From positions 38,499-102,498 of the forward strand of contig JBAZWY010000012.1 in NCBI GenBank assembly GCA_041660125.1: a DNA stretch of 64,000 nucleotides, read 5' to 3'. The DNA is from Lentimicrobiaceae bacterium (GTDB lineage Bacteria; Bacteroidota; Bacteroidia; Bacteroidales; UBA4417). The notes below the pieces were generated by a model. It saw only the letters and a list, made by a program, of their open reading frames with translations, was not told where the DNA came from and ran no database searches. A program made the position numbers and the translations under genes. Positions 7,098 through 16,957 of this stretch are shown here, one piece after another (positions within the stretch are counted from its first letter, which is position 1; every line of letters begins with the position of its first letter).

Positions 7098-7309
7098 GTC
7101 TATCTGGTAACCATTTATTTATACTTAAAGGGCTATCCATTTATAATCTTGAACATCAAAAAAATATTTTTTTAAAACATTGAACTTAATAACTATGGAA
7201 CTAAACTTAAATATTCATGAAAACAGGAAGCCGACATCGTTTTGCATGATACGGTTATTAGGGGTATCCAAGGGTGACTTTGAGTCTTGCCGTGACTAAT
7301 TGGAAAACA

Positions 7310-7336
7310 GAAAAAGCCGGATTCGTCCGGCTTTTT
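7310..7336. terminator. Bidirectional rho-independent terminator (ends the adhesin-OmpA unit on the minus strand)
   Basis: Stem GCCGGA (7315-7320), loop TTCG, stem TCCGGC (7325-7330), flanked by an A-run and a T-run. Confidence 0.7.
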
Positions 7337-7407
7337 CTGTAACAAAATGATTTGATAAAAGGTTGTTTCATAAGGACAACCTGACTATCCTGTTTCGAAT
7401 TCAGGCG

Positions 7408-8871
7408 TTAATTACTATCTTTCACGAGTTTTAATACCACTCTCCTGTTTTTCACCCGGTTTTCGGTGGATGTATTAGGTACCAATGGCTCATTATACGC
7501 TTTACTTATGGTTTTCATTCTTTCAGATGGAACGCCATCCTTAATTAAAAGCTGCTTCACAGCACTGGCCCTTCTTTTACCAATTCGGACATTTACTTTA
7601 TAAGAACCCTTATCACATGTATAACCAAACAGATACAAAGTAATGTCAGGATTTGCTGTTAAAAAATCATTTAAAGCGCGTACGTCTCCCTTATGTGATA
7701 TTATAGGTTGCCTGGAGTTAAGCCTGAAATTGTATTTAAATGACTCTGCAATGTTTTGGGCAGCCTGCAATTTAGCTTCTGAGTCGTCAACCGGTGTAAC
7801 AACTTGTTCTACAATAACCGGTGTAACAACTTGTTCTACAATTGCTGGTTTCTGATTCTGTATTGGCTGTGAAGAAGGAACAACTGAAACCTGTACTTCC
7901 TGCGCTTTGACTGCCTGAGGAACTATTTCTTCTGCCTGAGGAACTATTTCTTCTGCCTGAGGAACTATTGCTTCTGCATGAGGAACTATTTCTTCTGCCT
8001 GAGAAGTTGCGGCTGGCACCTTGGGGTTGAGTTTTTCTTTAAGCAAATTCAAATACAATCCAACTTTAACTCCGAATGCCACCGGCAGAACCTTTTTCAC
8101 CTGGTCCGAAATAAAAACGCCATTGTAAGTTCCATCTTGTTCTGAAACCGATTGATTATCGGGTGTCAGCACGTTATTCAATCCGTAATTAAAATATCCG
8201 CCCAAATATAAATCTTTCTTCTCGCTCAATTTAATCAATCCTCCAACATCGGCAATGGCAATATAAGCTGTTTTTAATGTGTAATTGCCTTTGTATTTAT
8301 TGGTATTGGTGCCAAATCCATACTGGGGCATTTCGCTCAGTTCGACATTCCACTGCGGGTAATAACCTTTGGTTACAATTTGCCCATTGGTAGTTTTATA
8401 GGCAGTACTAACCGGGATCGAGATTTTTGCGCCAACTGAAGCCAGCAGACTGAACTTTTGTCCTACACTATACCGGTACTGTCCAACCAATGGAATATCA
8501 ACAAATAAGGTTTGTTGTTTTTCCTGCCAGTTTTGGTAGGCTGTCCCCAATTCGAAAGCATCTCCATCGGTATCGAAGGCCGGGGAGGTTGTGGATAAAT
8601 TGAGCGTGGATGATCCGTTGAAGGATTGAATGCCTACTCCCGTCTGAAGCCCCCATTGAGGTGAAAAAAAGTAGCTGTAAGCCGCATTTACGGAGTATCC
8701 GAACTGTCCTTTCTGGGTTCCGTTCTGAAGGTTATACGATAGATTGTTCAAACCTCCGCCAATATTGAAATGCAGGTATTGGCCGGGTTGCTGCGCTTTT
8801 AGTGAAACCATTGCCAGCAATGCTAATCCTACTATGATGTGTCTTTTCATTTTCGTTGTTGTTATTTTCAT
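7408..8871 (-). CDS. OmpA-family outer-membrane protein (N-terminal beta-barrel, repeat linker, C-terminal OmpA domain)
   Basis: 487-aa ORF with a signal peptide and a barrel-like alternating pattern. Linker repeats are AEEIVPQ x4 and IVEQVVTPV x2. The C-terminal OmpA-like motif is ...RRASAVKQLLIKDGV...NRRVVLKL. Confidence 0.85.
   Translation of the reverse strand: MKITTTKMKRHIIVGLALLAMVSLKAQQPGQYLHFNIGGGLNNLSYNLQNGTQKGQFGYSVNAAYSYFFSPQWGLQTGVGIQSFNGSSTLNLSTTSPAFDTDGDAFELGTAYQNWQEKQQTLFVDIPLVGQYRYSVGQKFSLLASVGAKISIPVSTAYKTTNGQIVTKGYYPQWNVELSEMPQYGFGTNTNKYKGNYTLKTAYIAIADVGGLIKLSEKKDLYLGGYFNYGLNNVLTPDNQSVSEQDGTYNGVFISDQVKKVLPVAFGVKVGLYLNLLKEKLNPKVPAATSQAEEIVPHAEAIVPQAEEIVPQAEEIVPQAVKAQEVQVSVVPSSQPIQNQKPAIVEQVVTPVIVEQVVTPVDDSEAKLQAAQNIAESFKYNFRLNSRQPIISHKGDVRALNDFLTANPDITLYLFGYTCDKGSYKVNVRIGKRRASAVKQLLIKDGVPSERMKTISKAYNEPLVPNTSTENRVKNRRVVLKLVKDSN
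7790..8003 (-). repeat. In-frame tandem repeats inside the OmpA linker (27 bp x2; 21 bp x about 4.4)
   Basis: accggtgtaacaacttgttctacaata at 7790-7816 and 7817-7843. ctgcctgaggaactatttctt units start at 7911, 7932, 7953 and 7974, with a partial unit at 7995. Confidence 0.9.
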
Positions 8872-8935
8872 GATTTAAATTGATAATTGACATGCAATTC
8901 ACCTGGATTTTATCCATCCAGCTGAACTTTTTTCA

Positions 8936-11900
8936 TCATTGCCGTACAACGATTTTAAACACATAATCAATTCCATTCCGGGATGTAACATGGCCGATGT
9001 AAACCCCTGAAGCAGCAGGTAAATTCATCAGGTTCAGATTAGTAACCTCTTTGGTTTGATAAACACGAACTCCCTGGATATTGAAGACCGTCAATTCTGA
9101 ATTTTTAAGTTCTTCATCTGAAAAACCGAAAATATTAACAGTGCAGACCTCATCCGCTTTCATTGGGTTAGGATAAGCAAATACCTTTTTAGGTGTTGGA
9201 ATATTCAATCCTTTGCCGCAGGAAATCAGCGTTTGTCCATCGATAGTTACTACTTCCAGCGAATAAACTCCAACCCTTCCATCCGGATCGCAATAGAATT
9301 GCTTAGTAGCTCCATCTATTTTCACTCCGTCCTTGTACCACTGATAAGCTGTAAAACGTTTGCTGCTGTTATCACATAGCACAACATCCTCAAACTTATC
9401 AATAATATAATCCGAAGAAAGATTAATGCTGAAACTGAATGTATATTCAGGACTCTCCAATCCAAATTCATTTCTAATTCGTAAGGTTCCCTGGTAGGAT
9501 CCTTCGCGTGTTCCTTTTGGAATTGGAATCTGGATCACTCCATTGTTGGACGTTGAAGGCATACTGGTATAGCTTACATTCTGAATACCAGCTGCAAGAG
9601 CAGCTTCGTTGAATGTAATCTTATATTCAGCCGATGATCCTGAAACAATTGTATAGCCTAATTCCAGGTCCGAGCCTTCGCAACCAGCCGCAGGAGTAAT
9701 TACAGGACTTAGAGCAACATTATCTGAAATATTAGCTCCGTTAATCACAAAATTGGCAGGCACAATGTAATTACCCTTTGCACTGCCGCTAAGCGAATAA
9801 ACCACGGTTATGGTTTTGTTTGTTCCTACATTTGCATCGGCGTAATCAGCTTTGGCAGCCAGGATCACATTGTCAATGTCCGATGCTACAACTCCTTGAA
9901 GACTTCCATTTGAAGTTATTACAGCAGTTGTATTCCCGTCAACAAATTTGTTTGTAACTACTACAGTATTTAATACTGTTAATGACTTAGCAGTAATATT
10001 TGCTTTCAACCCGGTCGGCTGTGTCAGCATGTAATTGGCAATATCAGTTCCGGAAATTGTCATGGCTGAAGTAACTTCGATATCGGTTCCAACACCAGCC
10101 TGGGCAAATGTTCCGGTAGCGGGATCTGACAATATAACGTTTTCTGTTCCGACAACACCAGCAAGAGTTGCTCCTTTAATTGCAGCTATCGTTGTTCCAT
10201 CGTAAACTTTATTCGTTGCAGCAGCAGTGTTTACCCTGAGTTCTTTAGCGGTAATATCTGCCTTCAATCCAGTTGCCTGAATCAGTGTGTAATTGCTGAT
10301 ATCAGCACCGGAAATTGTCATGGCAGGGGTAACATCAATACCTGTTCCAATACCTGTCTGGGCAAAGGTGCCTGAAGCATAGTTTTCAAGAAAAACATCA
10401 TCAGTACCGACTACAACGGATAAGAGTGCTCCCGTTATGGTTGCATCTGTGTTGCCGTCATAGACTTTATTCTCAACCTTTGCTCCGGATATCGTTAGTT
10501 CCGCTTTTGTAACAGCGAAGTCGGCGGCCACATAGGTTATATCGTAATTGTTATCCGTTCCTGGACTTAATGTGATGGCATTGGTGTACGTTCCAAATCC
10601 TGTAGTCTGATCTACTGTAGTGCTCGCTGTGGGTTTCGTTTCCAGTACGCTTTCCGTATCGCCGTTTTTCCAGCCATTATATTCGAACGTTAGTTCCGGG
10701 TTTGCTTTGCCATATACCTTGGTCTGAGAATCGGCAGTTACAGTCAGCATGGCTTTGGTTACTTCAAAATCGTTAGTCACATAGGTGAAATCGTAATTGT
10801 TATCTGCTCCTGAACTTACGGTGATGGCATCGGTATATGTTCCAACTTCTGTAGCCAGGTCAACGCTTGTGACTGCTGTAGGTTTGGTATCCAAAACACT
10901 TTCGGTATCATTGTTTTTCCAACCACTGTATTCGAGCGTCAGTTCCGGGTTTGCTGCGCCATATCCTTTGGTTTGTGAATCAACGGTAATGGTCAGCATG
11001 GCTTTAGTAACTTCAAACTCGTTAGCAACATAAGTGAAATCGTAATTGTTATCTGAGCCTGAACCTGCTGTAATTGCATCTGTATAGGTGCCAACTTCCG
11101 TGGTCATATCAACAGTTGTACTTGACACAGGTTTGGTATCCAAAACACTTTCGGTATCATTGTTTTTCCAGCCACTGTATTTGAAAGTCAGTTCCGGGTT
11201 TGCTGCACCATATACTTTGGTTTGTGCATCAGTGGTAATCGTCAGCATAGCTTTGGTAACTTCAAACTTATTAGCCACATAAGTGAAATCATAGTTGTTA
11301 TCTGAGCCTGAACCTATTTTTATTGCATCGGTATAGATTCCAACTTCCGTGGTCAGATCTACGATTGTACTAGCGACGGGTTTGGCATCCAGTACGCTTT
11401 CTGTTTCACCGTTTTCCCAGCCACTGTATTTGAAGGTTAATTCCGGATTGACTTCGTCATATACTTTAGTTTGAGCATCAGAGGTTACGGTAAGCATTGC
11501 TTTGGTGATCTGCAGAGTTATTAAAGTGCGGCTTACGCTAACGCATTCTGTAACAGAATTTCTTGCTTCCGCGTAGGCTGAATATGTGCCGACATTTGTG
11601 CCGGATGGCGCTGAAATAGTAATTCCCCCGGAAGGTACTTCGTACCAGTCAATAACTATACCGTCTGCGACTGTTGCAGAAGCTGTTTTTTCTGTTCCAT
11701 CATAGGTATAAGAATTAATACCTGCTGTGGGTTCGGCCGGCGCAGGGTTCACTATAACAGTAAAAGCCTTTTCATAGGTTAAACCTCCCTGGTCGGTTGT
11801 GTGGACACGGACTGAATAACTACTCTTCGTTTCGAAATCCGGGCTATCAGTAATTCGTAAACTATTTCCGCTGATAGTACAGGAAGCATTATCGGTATCC

Positions 11901-14900
11901 CCGCTGCCGGTTACAAGCGAATAAGTGAAAGAATCGGCCACATCAGGGTCTGTTGTGCTTAATGTTCCTACTGTGGAGTTGGCTGCTACATTCTCGTTGA
12001 TGGTGCTGTTCGACAAGGCCATGTCGGTGGGCGTCTCGTTTACGTCATTCAGGTTTACCGTTACGATTTGGGAGGCAGAGGTATGTAGGCCATCGTTTAC
12101 AGTTACAGACAAATAGAGTGAGGCAATGGTTTCATGATTGAGCGCTGCAGAGTTATTAACTGTAATTACCCCGGTAGATGGATTAATTGCAAATGCATTG
12201 CCTGTATTGCCTGCAGCAAGTGTCCAATCCTGGAATACAGTGCCATAATCAGGATCTGTAGCCAAAACCTGACCAACAGTTGTACTATTGGCAGAGTTTT
12301 CGTCAATGGCAAAAGATTGAGAGGCTGTAATTACAGGATTTTCATCATTAACTCCATCTACTACTATTAATACTGTTTGAGATAAACTTGTATTTGTTCC
12401 ATCGGATACTGTCAACGTTAACGTAAAATTTGGGTTAACAAATGGATTTAGCACTGTATTATCAACTACTGTTATTACTCCAGTTGATGAATTTATAGCA
12501 AAATATCCATCGCTATTACCTGCAGTAATTGTCCAATTTTGAAAAGTTGTTGCGGTGACGTCTCCATCAGTAGCTAAAGCAGTTCCAACGGTTGTTCCGT
12601 TTGGTAATTGTTCTGTAACATGTAATATCAGCGCGGCGGTTAATACCGGAGCTACATCATTAACGTCATTAAGGTTAACAGTCACTATTTGGGGGGTAGA
12701 GGTATTTACACCATCACTTACAGTTACTGTGAGGCTAAATGATGATACCAACTCACGATTAAGCACCGAAGAGTTGTTTACTGTTATATTACCTGTAGCA
12801 GCATTTATTGCAAAGGCATCGCCGGTATTGCCGCCAGTGATTGTCCAGCTACTAAATGTGGTTCCCACATCGCCATCGGAGGCACCCACGATGCCAATAT
12901 TAGAACTGTTGGCAAGGTTTTCGTTGATGGTGAATGTCTGAGCGGCTGAGATTTCAGGAACTACATCGTTCAAATCGTTTATGGTAATGGTAAACGCTTT
13001 TTCATACGTTAGGCTGCCCTGGTCGGTGGTGCGGATACGTACCGAGTAACTGTTCTTTGTTTCAAAATCCGGACTGTTGGTTATCCGCAAACTGCTTCCG
13101 CTGATGTTGAAGTAAGCATTATCGGTACTGCCGGTTCCGGAAACAAGAGTGTAGGTAAAAGTATTTCCGGTATCTTGATCAGTTGAACTTAAAGTTCCTG
13201 CAGTTGTGTTGGCTGTAACATTTTCATTAACAGCACTGGCTGATAAAGCTATGTCGCTTGGTGCGCCATTTACCGTTATCTCAACCGTTATCGGCGTTCC
13301 GGAACAACCATTCAGTAATGGAGTAACGATGTAATTTACAACACCATTACCCGTAAGTGTCTGAGCTATAGTAGTTCCCGAACTGGCTGAAGTGCCATTT
13401 ACTGTTCCTCCTGCTGTGGCTGTTGTCCAGGTGAAAGCTGAACCTGTTGGCGCAGAAGTCAGTGCAATACTTGTTGCTACTCCGCTATTGATAGCTGCTG
13501 AAGACGGAGTAGCTGTTGCCACTGGATTTGGTTTTACCATTATGTTGTAAACAGTAGTAGTGGTAGCAGCGGAACAACTATTAACGTCGTTATAGTTAAC
13601 GCTTACAGTCTGGGCTCCTGCTGTATTCCATGTAACGTTGATGTCATTGGTGTTAGTGCCGGTAGTAATGGTTCCACCTGCCGAAACGTTCCAGGTATAG
13701 TCTGTCATTCCTGTAGCTGTTGAATACACATTACCAGTGGATGTCATACATGTGCTTGCCGGACCTGTGATTGTAGGAACTATAAGTGGGTTAACTGTGA
13801 TCGGCACCGTGATCGGAGATCCTGCACAACTATTCAGCGTTGGCGTTACCGTGTAGTTTGCAATTCCATTGCCTGAAAGTGTCTGGGCAATCGATGTTCC
13901 TGAACTTGCCGAAGTTCCGTTTACTGTTCCGCCTGCTATTGCTGCGGTCCATGCGAAAGATGCACCTGTTGGTGAAGAAGTCAGGGCAATATTGGTAGCT
14001 GTTCCGCTGCAGATAGCTGCTGAAGACGGAGTAGCTGTTGCAACTGGATTTGGATTTACAGTTATTGCTACAGTAATCGGTGATCCTGTGCATCTGTTCA
14101 GCGTAGGTGATACCGTGTAGTTTGTAACTCCATCACCCGAAAGAGTCTGGGCAATAGATGTTCCTGAACTGGCGGAAGTTCCGTTTACTGTTCCGCTTGC
14201 CGTTGCTGCGGTCCATGCGAATGATGAACCGGTTGGCGAAGAAGTCAGGGCAATATTGGTTGCTGTTCCGCTACAGAGAACCGCTGAAGACGGTGTAGCT
14301 GTTATAGTTGGATATGGATTTAACATTACACCAACAGTTATTGGGGAACCAGCGCAACTGTTCAGCGTTGGTGTTACCGTATAGTTGGTAACTCCATTGC
14401 CTGAAAGAGTCTGGGCAATAGATGTTCCTGAACTGGCCGAAGTTCCGTTTACTGTTCCGCTTGCTGTTGCTGCAGTCCATGTAAAAGATGCACCTGTTGG
14501 TGAAGAAGTCAGGGTAATATTGGTTGTTGTTCCGCTACAAATAGCTGCTGAAGACGGAGTAGCTGTTGCCGTTGGAGTTGGGTTAATGGTAAATTTAAAG
14601 GTCTTAGGGGTACCAACAAACTCTGCAGTTAACCCACTGTTGATTCTGAAATTATCCACCAGCAAGCCTGAGTTTGTTTCGGAATCATATCCGTTTAATG
14701 GAAGCAAGCCTATAGTATATGTTCCGGCGCTGAGGAAAGTATATGTAAACGTTTTGTAGCCTGTCTGATAAATATCATTTCCCGGATTTCCTGCAATCGT
14801 TATAAAATCTGAGTTGTATGTACTGGCCAGCATTGTAAGCCCGTTGCCTGAGATAGATAACAAAGCTGCATCCCATTGACTGGGTATATTCTCTGTAGTT

Positions 14901-15661
14901 ATAAAGTTATAGTCCACATACATTATATCTCCTGCCTTTACCGTAACAGTACGCTTTATTGCAGAACCCTCTGTGTTTGCATGACCAAGATAAGTATCAA
15001 TAGAGCCTGCCGGTTGTAACAGAAAGGCTTCTAAAGCTGTTATATCAATACCGGATTGGTTTACCAGGTGTGCTTGTAAAGCACCCTCTGTTGGGTTTAC
15101 GCCTCCATATACTCCAGTTATGGAAACAGCTCCGATTGTTTCCCAATCCGGACTAAATAAACCACTCTCAAATCCCAATGAAGACAAATTCAAAGGTGTT
15201 ACTGTAACTGTAGCAGTTACCGGGGCTTTTGTTGGATTGGTAGCTGTAAAGGAAGGTATATTGCCTGTGCCGCTGACGGCTAAGCCGATGGCTGTTGAAG
15301 TATTGGTCCAGATGTAGGTAGTACCTGCTATGGAACCGGTATAGTTAACGGCTGCTGTAGCACCGTTGTTACAAACCACCTGATCTTCAGGTTGATCCAC
15401 GTCGGGTGGCAGGTTAACTAACACTTCTCCCGTAATCGGAGATCCTGCGTAACTATTCAGCGTTGGTATTGCCGTGTAGTTTGTAACTCCGTTGCCTGAA
15501 AGTGTCTGGGCAATAGATGTTCCAGAACTAGCGGAAGTTCCGTCTAAACGTACAGAACTAATATTAGAATTCAGAACGCCCCAAAAGATATGCTCTTGTG
15601 CATTAACTGCCATCTGAAGTGCTAATAAGCATATGAATAATAAGTAACATGTTTTTTTCAT
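8936..15661 (-). CDS. Giant T9SS-secreted adhesin (PKD-like, cadherin-like, MBG and YDG repeat domains; type A C-terminal sorting domain)
   Basis: 2241-aa ORF with a signal peptide. Contains at least 6 PKD-like units (ATPSSAAICSGT...TPTLNSCAGSPITV), cadherin-like units (NDVNDVAPV, DENSANS..ATDPD), 5 MBG units (TKVYG..NPELTF.YSGW...NNYDFTYV) and 3 YDG units (KVYDG.T). The C-terminus YPNP...SGVYIGHV...KIVV is a T9SS sorting domain. Confidence 0.9.
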   Translation of the reverse strand: MKKTCYLLFICLLALQMAVNAQEHIFWGVLNSNISSVRLDGTSASSGTSIAQTLSGNGVTNYTAIPTLNSYAGSPITGEVLVNLPPDVDQPEDQVVCNNGATAAVNYTGSIAGTTYIWTNTSTAIGLAVSGTGNIPSFTATNPTKAPVTATVTVTPLNLSSLGFESGLFSPDWETIGAVSITGVYGGVNPTEGALQAHLVNQSGIDITALEAFLLQPAGSIDTYLGHANTEGSAIKRTVTVKAGDIMYVDYNFITTENIPSQWDAALLSISGNGLTMLASTYNSDFITIAGNPGNDIYQTGYKTFTYTFLSAGTYTIGLLPLNGYDSETNSGLLVDNFRINSGLTAEFVGTPKTFKFTINPTPTATATPSSAAICSGTTTNITLTSSPTGASFTWTAATASGTVNGTSASSGTSIAQTLSGNGVTNYTVTPTLNSCAGSPITVGVMLNPYPTITATPSSAVLCSGTATNIALTSSPTGSSFAWTAATASGTVNGTSASSGTSIAQTLSGDGVTNYTVSPTLNRCTGSPITVAITVNPNPVATATPSSAAICSGTATNIALTSSPTGASFAWTAAIAGGTVNGTSASSGTSIAQTLSGNGIANYTVTPTLNSCAGSPITVPITVNPLIVPTITGPASTCMTSTGNVYSTATGMTDYTWNVSAGGTITTGTNTNDINVTWNTAGAQTVSVNYNDVNSCSAATTTTVYNIMVKPNPVATATPSSAAINSGVATSIALTSAPTGSAFTWTTATAGGTVNGTSASSGTTIAQTLTGNGVVNYIVTPLLNGCSGTPITVEITVNGAPSDIALSASAVNENVTANTTAGTLSSTDQDTGNTFTYTLVSGTGSTDNAYFNISGSSLRITNSPDFETKNSYSVRIRTTDQGSLTYEKAFTITINDLNDVVPEISAAQTFTINENLANSSNIGIVGASDGDVGTTFSSWTITGGNTGDAFAINAATGNITVNNSSVLNRELVSSFSLTVTVSDGVNTSTPQIVTVNLNDVNDVAPVLTAALILHVTEQLPNGTTVGTALATDGDVTATTFQNWTITAGNSDGYFAINSSTGVITVVDNTVLNPFVNPNFTLTLTVSDGTNTSLSQTVLIVVDGVNDENPVITASQSFAIDENSANSTTVGQVLATDPDYGTVFQDWTLAAGNTGNAFAINPSTGVITVNNSAALNHETIASLYLSVTVNDGLHTSASQIVTVNLNDVNETPTDMALSNSTINENVAANSTVGTLSTTDPDVADSFTYSLVTGSGDTDNASCTISGNSLRITDSPDFETKSSYSVRVHTTDQGGLTYEKAFTVIVNPAPAEPTAGINSYTYDGTEKTASATVADGIVIDWYEVPSGGITISAPSGTNVGTYSAYAEARNSVTECVSVSRTLITLQITKAMLTVTSDAQTKVYDEVNPELTFKYSGWENGETESVLDAKPVASTIVDLTTEVGIYTDAIKIGSGSDNNYDFTYVANKFEVTKAMLTITTDAQTKVYGAANPELTFKYSGWKNNDTESVLDTKPVSSTTVDMTTEVGTYTDAITAGSGSDNNYDFTYVANEFEVTKAMLTITVDSQTKGYGAANPELTLEYSGWKNNDTESVLDTKPTAVTSVDLATEVGTYTDAITVSSGADNNYDFTYVTNDFEVTKAMLTVTADSQTKVYGKANPELTFEYNGWKNGDTESVLETKPTASTTVDQTTGFGTYTNAITLSPGTDNNYDITYVAADFAVTKAELTISGAKVENKVYDGNTDATITGALLSVVVGTDDVFLENYASGTFAQTGIGTGIDVTPAMTISGADISNYTLIQATGLKADITAKELRVNTAAATNKVYDGTTIAAIKGATLAGVVGTENVILSDPATGTFAQAGVGTDIEVTSAMTISGTDIANYMLTQPTGLKANITAKSLTVLNTVVVTNKFVDGNTTAVITSNGSLQGVVASDIDNVILAAKADYADANVGTNKTITVVYSLSGSAKGNYIVPANFVINGANISDNVALSPVITPAAGCEGSDLELGYTIVSGSSAEYKITFNEAALAAGIQNVSYTSMPSTSNNGVIQIPIPKGTREGSYQGTLRIRNEFGLESPEYTFSFSINLSSDYIIDKFEDVVLCDNSSKRFTAYQWYKDGVKIDGATKQFYCDPDGRVGVYSLEVVTIDGQTLISCGKGLNIPTPKKVFAYPNPMKADEVCTVNIFGFSDEELKNSELTVFNIQGVRVYQTKEVTNLNLMNLPAASGVYIGHVTSRNGIDYVFKIVVRQ

Positions 15662-16059
15662 AAATACTTGTATTTATTTGTTTCAGTATCTTGTTTAAAT
15701 TTTTGAAATTACTTTTTAATTCCTCGTCCATTTCTCCACCAAGGTTGCTATCCTTTCAAAGTCATCCATTTTCAGGTAGAAATTATTCGGAAGAAATACA
15801 TTCATCTTAATACCTCTATGGGGGATACAAATAAAAAGCATAAAATTTGTTTTGTCTGTAGGGAAAAGACTGATTCTTTTGTAGGGTTTATCCTACAAGA
15901 AAAATGAAAATAGCAGGTGTTATTGGCGAAAAAACAGGGTTGAATGAAATAGAAAGTAGCGCGAAATATCTGCATCAGCAGCACTTCCTGATAGTTATAA
16001 AAGCAAATCAATAAAAAACGGGAAGTTGAATAGTGAGTTTAATTTTCAATAGTTGTATT

Positions 16060-16249
16060 AACCACAGAGACACGGATTACATGGAGGGTCACAGAGGTGA
16101 TTTATTCTTAGTGAATGTTAGTGAACTCAGTGCCTGAGTGGTTTTCCTTTAACCACAAAAAGAACAAGAGTTAAACCATTTTCTCCATGCTTCTTTGTGC
16201 CATCCGTGCCTCTGTGGTTTACTTTTTTGAACCACAAAAGGCACAAAAG
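16060..16249. repeat. 18-bp inverted repeat (1 mismatch) flanking 124 bp, plus related ACCACAAAAG words
   Basis: aaccacagagacacggat (16060-16077) pairs with atccgtgcctctgtggtt (16202-16219). Related words aaccacaaaaagaacaag occur at about 16153 and gaaccacaaaaggcacaaaag at 16229-16249. Confidence 0.8.
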
Positions 16250-16330
16250 TAATTGTATAATTTATCAGCCGGGTGAAAATATACAACAGCAGCCATACCT
16301 GCATTATACTTAAGTAAAAAAAGGGAATGC

Positions 16331-16957
16331 CTAAATCAGGTTATTTTCGATACAATAACGGGTAAGCTCTGCATTCTTATGGAACTTCATCTTCTCCATA
16401 ATACGACTACGATATGTGCTAACCGTTTTATTAGATATAAAAAGCTCATTGGCAATATCCTGTAATGATTTGCCATTAGCCAGCCTGATCATAATTTCAA
16501 ATTCGCGGCCCGACAGGATTTCGTGTTCCTGCTGTTTATCATCTTTGGCAAGATGTATGGCAAGGTTTTCGGCAAGCGATTGCGAGATATATTTCCCTCC
16601 CTGTGATATTCTCTGAACCGCAATCAGCAGTTCGTCCGATGCTGTATCTTTTGTAAGGTAACCGGAAGCCCCGAGTGTAAGGGCGCGTTTTGCATACTGC
16701 TCCTGCGGATGCATGCTCAACATCAGCACGTTTGTAGCAGGCCATTTTGCTTTAACTGACTGAAGCACTTCCAGCCCGTTCCTGTCGGGAAGTGAAATAT
16801 CAAGTATTATTATATTGAATTCCTCTTTTTTTAATTGCTCAAGCAATTCATCACCTGATCCTGCCTCGGCGATTAACGAAACTTCGCACAGTTGCCGGAG
16901 GATTTGCCTCAGCCCATCCCGGACAATTTTATGATCATCACAAATCAGAATTTTCAT
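16331..16957 (-). CDS. NarL/LuxR-family response regulator
   Basis: 208 aa. REC domain (ILICDDH..., LDISLPD) plus a C-terminal LuxR-type HTH (LSGREFEIM...NKTVSTYRSRIMEKM). Confidence 0.9.
   Translation of the reverse strand: MKILICDDHKIVRDGLRQILRQLCEVSLIAEAGSGDELLEQLKKEEFNIIILDISLPDRNGLEVLQSVKAKWPATNVLMLSMHPQEQYAKRALTLGASGYLTKDTASDELLIAVQRISQGGKYISQSLAENLAIHLAKDDKQQEHEILSGREFEIMIRLANGKSLQDIANELFISNKTVSTYRSRIMEKMKFHKNAELTRYCIENNLI

Noticed and set aside
10797-15317. Numerous 60-130-aa plus-strand ORFs antisense to the adhesin gene (for example 12555-12941 and 14385-14759)
   Set aside because: They lie entirely inside a well-supported 2241-aa minus-strand CDS. They are repetitive because the sense strand is repetitive, and they show no independent start or promoter signals.
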